DNA from: Asterionella formosa
Lineage: Eukaryota
Direction: 5' to 3'
Assembly (NCBI GenBank): GCA_002256025.1
Contig: NKIB01015360.1
Coordinates: forward strand, 1 to 36,350
Length of the DNA stretch: 36,350 nucleotides
The stretch's first letter is position 1. Every line of letters starts with the position of its first letter. The translations under genes were made by a program, and so were the position numbers. This document shows, piece after piece, positions 8,590-18,829 of the stretch. The notes under the pieces were generated by a model. That model was not told the DNA's origin. It ran no database searches and saw nothing but the letters and a program-made list of their open reading frames with translations.

Positions 8590-10869
8590 ATGAGCTCTCT
8601 TCAAAGGCAGCAGATGTCTCTCTCATCTCCGTTCGAATCTGGTTCCAAGAAAAAATTTGGCAAGAACTTGAACAAGCTTCAGAAACCAGCACCACCGATT
8701 GCAAACTCGGGGACAAACAAATCAGGATCGTCGAACAACGGCTTGCTGCTGCTGTCTACCAAGCGCTCTCCCTCGACCTCAGGAAATCTAGCATCTCCTG
8801 GTCTTCTTGCCAGTAAAGGTACCGCTTCAACATCATCGACTAAAGCGATACAACCAGTTGTTGTCAGAAGCGAATTCTACACGTCGACGCACGAAGCACT
8901 TATGGATGCCGTTAGCGGTATCAGCAAAAAAGATAGAGAGCAACAGCCCGACGCATGGCGTGTTTCCGACGTGACTGAAGAATACTCCAGCCCTTCAGTA
9001 TTGCCGTCCAAGGAAGCCACTGTTTCAGATGCCAACCCGATGACGAGTGTAGACACCGTCGACAAGAATGGGAGAAATGACAGCTACGATGGCAATGACC
9101 AGCGACATGCCGACCGACAACGATATGAAACCAACGATGGAGAATCGTGGAGGCGTCAGCCGCCTCCTTTTGAACCTGTCGAAAGTAATGTAGGTGATGC
9201 CAGGCCATTGCACATGTCAACGCTGGCTCGGGAACGTGCAGAAAGGATTCGCAACGAAGAAGAAACCAGAATGAAAGAACAGCGTGAACGTGCAACCCAA
9301 CGCTTGCGTGAATTGGAGGAGAAAATGGCCGCTCTTCCAGCAGCACCTAGTAGTCCGCAGGAGCCTCAAGCTTTCACAAGCCCAATAGCGTTGAAGAAGG
9401 ACGAAAGTGTGAAAGGAATCAATAATACTCTGCTTGACGACACAAACACCTTTCAACGGCGCACTACTTCAACACCGCGTGCTTTATTTGATCCCAACCG
9501 CACTTATAGTTCGCTCGTGGGGAGGAAAGAGCCTGATATTAACCAGGATGACAGCAAGCACATTCAACTGCCCCCTCCTATTTCCCCTATCATCCAAAGT
9601 ACGCCTGTTGTTGACGCTATGCCTGAAAGCTCAGTTATTCACCTTTCCAGCTATGACGATCGTAACCGCGGAGAAATACGAGGAAATACCGCCGCCCCCA
9701 GGATGCTCTTTGACCCCAGATCTGGTTCTATGGTGGCTGTGACCAACGACAAAGCCAAGAAGAGCAAGCCGATCGCAAAGGTTCGCAATATTCGTGAGTC
9801 TCCTGTTAAGAGTGAATCTGGGGATCATTTAAAGCTAATAAAGAAAAATGTCAAAGTTCGCAAAGATGAAGCTCCTGACATCCGAAAAGGTTTACGTTGT
9901 CGAGGCAACTCAGTTGATTCCCCCTCCACTGAGGTCAAGAACTCGAAAACTCGTGTGGCCAAGATGCGCCCCACTGAACCAAGGTTGCCACGAACGTGTG
10001 GCGTTTTGTATGTTCGAGATTCAAAAGGAAATGTTTCTTGTGCTGATGGAACCGATCCCGAGCAGTATGGAAGCCATCTTGTTCGCGGAGGTAAGATTCG
10101 CAATCCTGCAGCTCACGCCAAGTTCCTTGAGGATGGAGAAATCGAAGAAGAAATTGAACCCGATGATGAATTTGATGTTGGTACGCGTTACGAAGGCTAC
10201 AACACGAAGGATTATGGCCTGAATGGAAACATCTTCGAATTTGTGGTCCGATCGCCTGAGAAGGTTGAGTTGGTGAAAGGTGATGACAAGATTGAGTTGC
10301 TCACTGGAGCTCCAGAGTCGCCGACTTTGAAAGCAACAGCCATGGAATGGGCTCCAAGTCAATCTGCTATGGCAGCCGCGGCGGCTGCCAAAGGAATCAT
10401 TGGAAAGGGGGGAAAGCACCACACCAGTGCTAGTATTGACAGCGTCGCTAGCGGCTCTATCGGATTTCATTCCGACAATGAGAGCGACGATGTTGACCCC
10501 GCTTCATTTGTTGGACTTGGGTTTGACCCAACCGAAAATATGGATTCTGTCATGGCATCGCCTGCCACTTATCCAAGGACCGGCAAGGAATTCGATGACG
10601 ACGCTTTTACCTCGTTGACCATGGAAGCCGTGCATCCTTCGGCTGCTAGTACAACATCGCAGAATATTTTCGCGTTTGGCCTTTCAGGAACCTGGGGAAG
10701 TAGTGCAGGAGTACCTTTGACCGGAAGCGCAGACAACTGGGGTGCGATCTTGGGTTCTGCAAGCGAAAAATCTCGCGAAGTAGGCCCTTCCTTTATCTCG
10801 TTGTCGTCGAACAACACCTGGGGATCTGGATTTGGCGGTTTATCAGGAGGAAACACTACAGGTGACTGA
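8590..10869 (+). CDS. PRRC2/BAT2 (plant MOS1)-like largely disordered protein, about 759 aa
   Basis: First ATG in good context (CCACCATGA) at 8590 within the 798-codon frame. N-terminal KKKFGKNLNK...GLLLLS resembles BAT2_N-type starts. The coiled coil ARERAERIRNEEETRMKEQRERATQRLRELEEKM matches the conserved PRRC2 helix pattern. Two LFDP motifs. The CDS is secure; the family call is moderate. Confidence 0.65.
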   Translation: MSSLQRQQMSLSSPFESGSKKKFGKNLNKLQKPAPPIANSGTNKSGSSNNGLLLLSTKRSPSTSGNLASPGLLASKGTASTSSTKAIQPVVVRSEFYTSTHEALMDAVSGISKKDREQQPDAWRVSDVTEEYSSPSVLPSKEATVSDANPMTSVDTVDKNGRNDSYDGNDQRHADRQRYETNDGESWRRQPPPFEPVESNVGDARPLHMSTLARERAERIRNEEETRMKEQRERATQRLRELEEKMAALPAAPSSPQEPQAFTSPIALKKDESVKGINNTLLDDTNTFQRRTTSTPRALFDPNRTYSSLVGRKEPDINQDDSKHIQLPPPISPIIQSTPVVDAMPESSVIHLSSYDDRNRGEIRGNTAAPRMLFDPRSGSMVAVTNDKAKKSKPIAKVRNIRESPVKSESGDHLKLIKKNVKVRKDEAPDIRKGLRCRGNSVDSPSTEVKNSKTRVAKMRPTEPRLPRTCGVLYVRDSKGNVSCADGTDPEQYGSHLVRGGKIRNPAAHAKFLEDGEIEEEIEPDDEFDVGTRYEGYNTKDYGLNGNIFEFVVRSPEKVELVKGDDKIELLTGAPESPTLKATAMEWAPSQSAMAAAAAAKGIIGKGGKHHTSASIDSVASGSIGFHSDNESDDVDPASFVGLGFDPTENMDSVMASPATYPRTGKEFDDDAFTSLTMEAVHPSAASTTSQNIFAFGLSGTWGSSAGVPLTGSADNWGAILGSASEKSREVGPSFISLSSNNTWGSGFGGLSGGNTTGD

Positions 10870-11254
10870 TTTCCCTGTACACTTTTTCCTTCTTATTGGG
10901 TCTAAGATACCGGGATGAAATGAATTTCATTTTGACCTTGCCAATGTTAACATCCATGGATCAGGTGGTACCTCAAACAAGCCTTTTTCAACACACAAGG
11001 CATGCCATATTCAATGTCATGACCGGTTGTCTTCTCGTAAAACTCAACGGCGAGATGGCGATCAAACAGTGCTTCTTGAAGGATGAGTCTCTCTGAAATG
11101 TATACATAAAGTCAGCCATGAAAGCCGACTTGATGCGCAATGAGGATATGTCTAGCTTGCTAACAGTTGGCTTTTCTAAAGGATTCTTATTCATACTGTA
11201 CCTCTAGTCTGTGTTACTTTCAGCTAGAAATGATTGAAACTATCAATATCAATA

Positions 11255-11749
11255 TTATCCCGTATGTGTCGACACAACTAGCTCACTGAACCCCGTCCGC
11301 TCGTCGATTTTCCTACTGAAGGACACTTTTCCAATAGTCCCGAGCACCAATTCCAGTGTCGTAAAGACAGTTCCCGACATGACGTGCCCACCAAACACTT
11401 GACCACCGACATCGCTAATGCTCATGTGCAGATGTTTGTGATTAAACGTTAACGTCCCAACCAAGGACACGATTTCCAACTTTTCATTCCAAGATCTGGT
11501 GATTGAGTTCTGGGAATCTGCCGCTGCCATTCGCAATGTCACATGCGATAAGGATCCCACTGCAGTGAGAATGAAACAAGAAGACGTAGAAGCGTCGTTC
11601 ATGGCCCGCTTTGCTGCTTCTTGCAGTGATTGCACCAAGTCGGCCCCTGGAGGAAGGCGCAATGCATGGCATGATAATGGCCCTGAAGAAATGTGTGGTG
11701 GGATAATGGTCCCATCATTATCTTGTTGCTTTGTGTCGTGGTCGTTCAT
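11255..11749 (-). CDS. Stand-alone PPC/DUF296 domain protein (164 aa)
   Basis: ALRLPPGADL, ILTAVGSL, LEIVSLVGT, HLHMSISD, VFGGHV, VFTTLELVL and DERTGFSEL are hallmark PPC motifs. Confidence 0.93.
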   Translation of the reverse strand: MNDHDTKQQDNDGTIIPPHISSGPLSCHALRLPPGADLVQSLQEAAKRAMNDASTSSCFILTAVGSLSHVTLRMAAADSQNSITRSWNEKLEIVSLVGTLTFNHKHLHMSISDVGGQVFGGHVMSGTVFTTLELVLGTIGKVSFSRKIDERTGFSELVVSTHTG

Positions 11750-12008
11750 TTGAAATACCGGTAGGTAAGCTTTTGTTGTTTTGAGCTAAGATATGATGTA
11801 TTCTTGTGTACCGGCATTTGAAAACCCCTGCTATAATGTTCTTTACTACCGGTAGTGGTACCAGGTACCTGGTATCTGATACTCCGTACCCCAGGTACCT
11901 CGTACCTGGCAGCCGGTCCCGGACTACGTATAAAATATTCCGGAAAGGTCGATCGGCCTGGAATGTCACATCTCAGTCCTCCAAAAACATTCATCGTCAC
12001 TCTGTACT
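11750..12008. promoter_or_regulatory. Probable bidirectional promoter between the DUF296 gene and TRAPPC4
   Basis: Only 259 bp separate two divergent ATGs. TATAAAA at ~11929 and a dense GGTACC/TACCGGTA palindrome cluster at 11846-11910. Confidence 0.6.
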
Positions 12009-12543
12009 ATGGTCCTTCTCCATCTCTTCATTGTTAACAAGTCGGGTGGGCTGATTCATCACCGATCACTGTCTCCCAAAGCTCCGACTATAGGCACAAA
12101 CGAATGGTTGCGCATTGGATCAACCTTTCATTCCCTCCATGCAATTGCTGCGGAAGCGTCACCATTGCGAATGCCGGGAAATAAGAACGGAAGTGAGTTC
12201 ACGTAGAAAGGAAAGTGCTTATGCTGCAGAAAATGTCGACATCTGACCATGTTTGAAAACACACACAGGCGGCGCAGACGATGGAATTGAACAAATTGAT
12301 GCTGGAGGTGTGATATTGAGATGCTTTCAAACTCGAACCGGAGTCAAGTTTGTGGTGACGGCGGAACCGGGAACGATGGATCTGGAGTATGTGCTGAGAG
12401 AAATTTACGTATTGTATGCTGACTGTGCCCTGAAGGACCCCTTTTATGAATTAGAAATGCCCATTCGGTGTGAACTTTTTACGCAGGCCGTTGACTTGTT
12501 GGTCGAGCGAGTGGAAAAGGGAATTGTTGGGTCGAGGCGATGA
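12009..12543 (+). CDS. TRAPPC4: TRAPP complex subunit 4 (Trs23/synbindin), 152 aa; exons 12009-12192 and 12269-12543
   Basis: LFIVNKSGGLI, TNEWLRIGSTFHSLHAIA, LRCFQTRTGVKFVV and IYVLYADCALKDPFYELEMPIRCELF. A 76-nt phase-1 intron GTGAGT...CTGAC...ACAG joins the two ORFs in frame. Confidence 0.96.
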
Positions 12544-12811
12544 CGAGGGAAAGGGGTGACCGCATGTGCAGATGAACTTTTAAAGTGCAACCACAAATAG
12601 GATTTCAGTATCGCCGAGAAAAACTATATTTTATGTGATATGTATCTATGATTAGATTTGTCCTGTAAGTATTGTCTGACGTGGTGAGCAGCTGTGGAGA
12701 TATGTTTGAACGTTGAGCGAAGCGTTCAATGCTTATTGTGGTCGCACAGCTGATATTTGCCGTCGCTGAATCCTTTTAGGATGCCTGTTCGTTTCGAATC
12801 ACTGATTCTAT

Positions 12812-15244
12812 TCATCTCTCAGCAGTAGCATTTAAACCTTGCCGACCAAACCAGTCGCTGATTGCCATCGTTAACCTCTCATTCCGTACTTCATCCTCCT
12901 TGCTCACTCCAAGGTAGCCTTCAACGAAGCGAGAGAAAAAAGATTTGTTTCGTGCTGGTGGCTTGGAAATTCGCTTTGCTTGTTGAATCAAGCCACTGGG
13001 GACGAAAAAGTTCAAATCATCCTTGCTGCTCTTTGACAATATTTGTGGGTGCTTAGACAAGGATTGAGACATGGCATCGTGGTAGATGTCATCCTTGCGT
13101 TTCTTATTGGCCGCCTGAGCGGCAATTCTGGCCTGTTTTCTCGTTCGAGCCGCTCGCATCCCAGCGCGGACTCGATCTAGTGTAATGATGAAGGTTCGCT
13201 GGGGAAATGAAAAAGCAATATAGTGATTTCCAAGGAAACGACCAGGCCGAAGAACACAACTCATCTCAAAGCGCAAAGCGCCATCCTTGATGTAAATAGT
13301 CTTAATACAATTGTCTTCCCCCATGTCAAAACCGTCGTTGTCTTCCACTTTGAAGGGAGAGTATATGGGAAAGAAGGCATACAATGGCTCTGGTTTGACT
13401 GGAATTGGCAAACCTAACTTCTTGCACACGGAAACGATATTCCGTTCCCAGCCCTTTGGACATTCAGCCACTAATGCAAGTTCCGGTTCGACCAATCGAA
13501 TGACTTGCCCACCTTTGCGAGTACCAATTTTGGTGCGCACCTTGAATGCATTCTCAATGATCGGCGCATCGGGACTGGTTCGAATGCGGACACGGCCTGT
13601 GATTGCCATGCGATCTTGGGCGTCAAATTCGACCAACGTTAGCTTTGCAACTTCGACTTGTGGGGCGCGCTTACTAGCCATATTCCAGTCACGGCCATAA
13701 AATACGGCCATATCCACCAAGTCTCGAAAAGAACGAACGCGACGTCGAAGTGCACGTGCTACTAGACGCCTTAAACCGGCGTCAAGCAGACTTGACGATG
13801 TGACATCATCTTTATTGAAGGAACCAATCAGTGTGGCGGTGAAGGGTTCAAGAATAAGGGGCCCGCCGGGCGTAATTCTCTTAATGATAGGAATCGCCCC
13901 AAATGCAAGTTGACGAAGATCCAACTTCATGTCGGAGAAGGTGATCGTTCCGCTTCCCTTTGGTAGCGTATCCACGAGACGAGACGAGTTGTTTCCTGAG
14001 TTAATATCATCATTGAAGAGCTCTTCTGATGTCTTGTTGGCAATTTCCTTTGGGGCAGTTGAAATCAGTCCAACGAAAGATTGAACGGCCCATCGCAATA
14101 TGTTTCCTAACCTTTTAACAAGTGATAGATGTTCTTCGCTCTGCTGTTGACTTTGTTTTTCTTTTTGTACTCGTCGCAAAGCTGCCATATCTTCAACCAT
14201 GTGCTGGTACTCTTCGCGATCAATGACACCATCCCCGTTTAAATCATACAAGTCAACTAATTGCGATGCCAATCCTTGCATAGATTCTGCGTCTGTATCT
14301 GTCGAAGCTGCTAGATTTAAAGCCTGTGCAATTTCATCTCCATCCAGCGCCCCCGAATGATCTGCATCCATTCTTCGGAAAGCTTCATCGGCACAGGAGA
14401 CGTTGGCAAGTTGATACACTTGTTCTGGTTTCTCTAGTAGCTCTTGCATGTCATCATAAAGTCCTCCCATTCGCAGTGGCTGAATTCCCAAACGACTGAA
14501 TCGTATCTGAACGGCATCAACTTGCTTTCTCCAAAGCGGTGTCTCGGGACGCGTTTGGACTTCCACTTCCAAACCGTCGGCCTCGTCAGCGAGGGCATTC
14601 AAAAGACCCATAATAGTCCTTGCTACGTAGTGGCGTTTGGAGGTTGTAAGTTGCTTACTCTTGCTGGTAAAGAGGGAAGAAAGTTGGGTAGTAGTCTCAC
14701 GACGAATACCTTCTTGAATAGAGCGGGCATGACGTCGTTTCCAGTGGGTGTTGTGGTTGAATTGTTTGTCCTCTTCGTCGCCGGTAGCAGTCAAGGCAGC
14801 CACAATTGCTTCCTCCACCACAGATAACGATTCTGATGGTTCTGCTTCTCCATTGGTTGTTGTCGGCAGTGCCAGTAGCGGAGGATTAATTGGTGCAATA
14901 GCATAATGTCCATTGGTGTCATGGCCATAGTGCAGGTCCCGAGATTGATGATTCCAGGATGCTCCAAACTGACTGTTACCATTCTGATGATGGTGTTCTG
15001 ATCCAACGTGCTGCGTTGTCAAGTCATGGTGTTGAGGCGCTGGCCAAGACACCTCGTCAAAGTTGGTCACCGCGCTGTCACCAATTGTGACAACGTATTC
15101 TTGTTCATCGAAAGAGGCACGCCGACAAGTTGGATGTTGCTTTTGATACTGTTGAGGTGTTCTTCGTTGCACAATCAACACAGACGGTGGAATCAGCGCC
15201 GTGCTGACCTGTATCAGACAAGAGACTCCTATAACTTTTCTCAT
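12812..15244 (-). CDS. EF-hand-containing DUF2993/LmeA-like protein, predicted plastid-targeted (about 810 aa)
   Basis: ATG at 15244 gives signal peptide MRKVIGVSCLIQVSTA|LIPP followed by a basic transit-like stretch. Canonical EF loops DADHSGALDGDE and DLNGDGVIDREE. Flanking LEVEVQTRPETPLWRKQVDAVQIRF, LEPFTATLIGSFNKDDV and FDMGEDNCIKTIYIKDGALRF resemble DUF2993. The EF-hands are secure; DUF2993 is moderate. Confidence 0.75.
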   Translation of the reverse strand: MRKVIGVSCLIQVSTALIPPSVLIVQRRTPQQYQKQHPTCRRASFDEQEYVVTIGDSAVTNFDEVSWPAPQHHDLTTQHVGSEHHHQNGNSQFGASWNHQSRDLHYGHDTNGHYAIAPINPPLLALPTTTNGEAEPSESLSVVEEAIVAALTATGDEEDKQFNHNTHWKRRHARSIQEGIRRETTTQLSSLFTSKSKQLTTSKRHYVARTIMGLLNALADEADGLEVEVQTRPETPLWRKQVDAVQIRFSRLGIQPLRMGGLYDDMQELLEKPEQVYQLANVSCADEAFRRMDADHSGALDGDEIAQALNLAASTDTDAESMQGLASQLVDLYDLNGDGVIDREEYQHMVEDMAALRRVQKEKQSQQQSEEHLSLVKRLGNILRWAVQSFVGLISTAPKEIANKTSEELFNDDINSGNNSSRLVDTLPKGSGTITFSDMKLDLRQLAFGAIPIIKRITPGGPLILEPFTATLIGSFNKDDVTSSSLLDAGLRRLVARALRRRVRSFRDLVDMAVFYGRDWNMASKRAPQVEVAKLTLVEFDAQDRMAITGRVRIRTSPDAPIIENAFKVRTKIGTRKGGQVIRLVEPELALVAECPKGWERNIVSVCKKLGLPIPVKPEPLYAFFPIYSPFKVEDNDGFDMGEDNCIKTIYIKDGALRFEMSCVLRPGRFLGNHYIAFSFPQRTFIITLDRVRAGMRAARTRKQARIAAQAANKKRKDDIYHDAMSQSLSKHPQILSKSSKDDLNFFVPSGLIQQAKRISKPPARNKSFFSRFVEGYLGVSKEDEVRNERLTMAISDWFGRQGLNATAER

Positions 15245-17238
15245 TGTTGATCGTAGCCTTTGGGAGAAGGACTGTTGCTCCTCGTTTCGTTTCGTTTCGT
15301 TTCTGTTCCGTGTCAACGTTTCCTGCAGTCTGAGCAGTCTTCCGTCTCTGTGTCGTGACTATTTCCTCGGGATTTACTTACAATTTGTTGCTTTTATGTA
15401 CTCCTCGAACCACAGCAAACCGCAACGTCGGATAGGACGGATTATGTACCGATAGACTATTGAGATTCTCGTTTCTGCTTTTATTCTATAAGAATAGTTC
15501 TTCGTCCTCATAAAAGTCGCCACCTCGATCCTATCGGAACCGCAACAACGACGAGTGATGTTTATTTTTTATTGGACGAACATAAAAATTGTCTACGCGA
15601 AAAAGAAGAACCAAGAGAAACACTGGTACTTTCAGAGTACATTTAATAGTTAGAGTAGGCTACTATACCGGTATTCACAGAAAATTTCACCATAAAATAG
15701 TAGATATATTGGATTAGCTACCGGTATGTACGAACATATGATTACCGGTAGTTTAGCCCAGTCTCCTGACTATTATAATATATGATTTAAGTGCAAATCA
15801 TCCATAGAATTTTTCGCGCTGATGCATCGCTCACAATTATTTAGCTATGTATGTGCCAGTACATCGGTAGAACAATGTACCGAATAGCTATGTAAACTCC
15901 TCGCTCAGAATACAGTTACCGGCATACAGTACCTGGTACGAGGAAATATTCTGATTGTAACATACAGGTACCCTAGTACCGGGTTCTGAGAAATTCAACA
16001 TATAGTACTGATAACGGTAGATAGTTAGTAAGTACTGTAGACTAGAAAAGGGCAGGATACTGACGATTACGGATATTATTTGGAAGTGACGTAGCAATTA
16101 AGAACAACCATTCCTGAACAAGCAAGAAGTTGAGTGTTGTGTCGTCATAACAAAAGAACTGCTGTCGTCATGCATGCGTAAATCTAAAGAGGGTCAGGTT
16201 CAACAGGCAGTACACCATGCTATGATCGTCAAAGGCAATCATTATGCATGCCCCAGCAATCTTCATCATCAAGATACGACAATGAGGTATGGTCGGTCTA
16301 CTGGTTCCAGTCATAAATAGCTTTTAGCCACGTTATTTTATCGTTTTCCGACTAATTCTAGAATTTTGCTAAAATCGCGTCCCTCTTTTGCCCTTTGGCA
16401 AAATATTAGTTAGTTCATTAAGCTACATGAGAAATAAATCATTTTTTACTTGAACACATATTTACTGAGATCTATCCATTTTAAAAGTGACAAAAATAGC
16501 CAAAGTGGCTCAAAGCCATTGATTAAAATTTTACCATACATGTAGATATTTTTATAGGCGATGGTTAGAAAATATTATGTTGTTTGCATGTTTTTTCGCA
16601 GCCAGTACCACTTCGATTTTCTCCATCGATTCATGCCTGATAGCACTCCGAAGATTTGCAGTCGATAAAACACACTAATTTGAATAGATATTTAGTTAAG
16701 CATTTCAAATTCAATATTAAATGATTCGTTCTGTACCTTTTTTATGCTCATTAGGGTTGGTTGTTGCTTGCATCACGAAACATGTTGCAATATTTCTCGA
16801 GATCCATTTTGCTCCATCTTTCTCAATCAATTAAGGGCAGATTGCGATCAAACAATTTGTAGTGAAGTTCTCTTTTGCAATTATTTATCCTCTAAAACAT
16901 TTATCTTGAACATTTAAAATATTTAGTTGAAACATCAACTAGTCCTGCGCGCCTTGGAAATAACCGTATGATTGTGAACCATCACATGAAACCATGACAA
17001 GTAATCTTGTTCAGTATAATAGTAAATATTATTTACGTGAAGTGCACAACCATAAACTGTGGCATGAATTAAGACACCACAAATATCCTTACTATTTCAC
17101 AAGGGAAGATGCATGTCGTAAATGAATTAGCCTCAGCCAAGAGCAGGACTAAGTTGAACTTTGAAATGAATTATTTGAAACATAAACTAATTCAGTCTTG
17201 AGCTCAAAGATTTTGTAAAATCTTCACAGGAAACCGTT

Positions 17239-17361
17239 AAAACTTCACATGAACCCGTTAAAAGTAACCTTTTCTACGGGAAGAGTAGCATTAATTCATG
17301 TGAAGTACCACTCTATGAAGAACAAATTTCGAAAAGTGGCGTATTTCGCGGCTTAGATGTA
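17239..17361 (+). repeat. Dispersed repeat family B, copy 2
   Basis: Collinear match to 7191-7329. Confidence 0.85.
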
Positions 17362-17398
17362 GCTGCATCTTTCTTCTACTGGTGGTGTCATTTCAATT

Positions 17399-17990
17399 TT
17401 ATCTTGTTCGTTCCATCAAAGGCTTCTTGCATTTTTTCGCAGTAGTCATAGTCATCGCATTGTTCTTCGACTGGTTAGTGCTCCTCCCATCATATCTTCT
17501 CGTGCAATAGGAGTGACCAAAGGGTGAGGAAGTGGTGCTGTCACAGTTGCAACTGGTACTGCGCGCAGCGTTGCCATGCATCATGGTTTCATGATATCTG
17601 GAAAGGAGAAGTTGCTTTGTTGTTGTTAATGGAAGATCACCTGCTTGCTTGTACCACAAAACCATTGTTTTCGTTTGCGTCACTGTCCACTCTGCTGACT
17701 GTTTGTTTAGTGTTCTGATTGCATAAACCTCGTTAGCAAGTGCTGTGTGTACATCTATTTTCCGATTCTCTTGCTCACTCTGCTGTACTTCTTCCGCATG
17801 CCTCTTCCTTTTCAGATAGTCATCGACCACTTCAGGATCCAACAAGCAAGTGACTGCCCACACCGACATGTAGACCAGCTGTGTATTGTTTACTGCTTGT
17901 AATTGCCTTGAGTGCTGTTTCTTTTGTTGGTGGGAAAGTTTGTTCAGATTTATTCCATTTCTAGCATCCTCATGATTGCGATACTGTACA
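17399..17990 (-). pseudogene. Frameshifted C-terminal fragment of a probable pogo/Tc1-mariner-type transposase
   Basis: Across frameshifts it reads RNHEDARNGINL..ETALKAITSSKQYTAGLHVGVG..LDPEVVDDYLKRK..WTVTQTKTMVLWYKQAGDLPLTTTKQLLLSRY. A homologous fragment lies at 23200-23410. The family assignment is from recalled diatom transposase tails; no DDE core is visible. Confidence 0.55.
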
Positions 17991-18829
17991 ACTCAATGCC
18001 AAATTTAACTGGTATCTTGATTGTTCAACTACTGGAGCAAGTTGTGGTGAACAGGAAATTTAGCAATTTTTTCCATATAGTAGAAAAACCGTCTTTTACC
18101 ACAACTCCCAATGGCAACGCCGACAGTAGAATGTGGTCGACTCTCTGGTTGAAAATAATTGCAGCAATTATTAAATGTGGCCTTTAGGAGTCCTAAATTT
18201 TCTCTTTCGTAATTTCTCTAATGTGCACGTTGCTCTAAGCTACAGATCCATGTATACAATTTATGTAGAATTTTTAAATTGGTAACTACATTGGACAAAA
18301 TATTTTTGGCTTTTTCGCTGTTCGCTTTTGGCCATTTCGAGAAAATGTAGATGCAGGAGGATGACCCATTTTTCATTGAGCGAACCATTTATTTTCAACA
18401 TACATGCAAAGTAGGATATAACAGCAGAACAATGGCAACTAGCCTTTGATAATGAATTGCGCAACTTTGAAAGTGACAATGATGAAAAGGAAGAAAGTGA
18501 TAGCATGCTTGTTTTGATGATCGGAATCATTAAAATATCTGGCAGTGTGGTCAATGCAAATGTAACAATCCAAGAAATTTTATGAAACAGTACTAGCTAT
18601 TTCATTCTTGTTATAATTATGATAGCTAGTGATGTCTTTCATTTGGTTTAAGTAATTACATGTATTATTAACTTCACTTTTATGGCGCCTTGAAACTATT
18701 CTATTTATGATAGGGCAACCGGTATGGTGCTTCCTGGCGTGAACAGCCTGGGTTTTTGAAGAAACGAACCCTACTGATAGCGTCATAACATATGTATTGA
18801 CTTCTGGCGCTGTTAAGCGGGGATGTAGT

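Noticed and set aside
8877..10856. Many antisense and alternative-frame ORFs over the long genes (also within 12812-15316, 26748-28082, 28975-31518 and 32772-34535)
   Set aside because: These are shadow ORFs of real coding sequence with no recognisable motifs.
11718..12054. Short ORFs rich in VPGTRY/YLVPG (also at 23407 and 35252-35568)
   Set aside because: They are translations of the GGTACC palindrome clusters, not a protein family.
15245..15316. Upstream TTG start of the 834-aa ORF
   Set aside because: It runs through a (GAAAC)n microsatellite and would mask the signal peptide that begins at ATG 15244.
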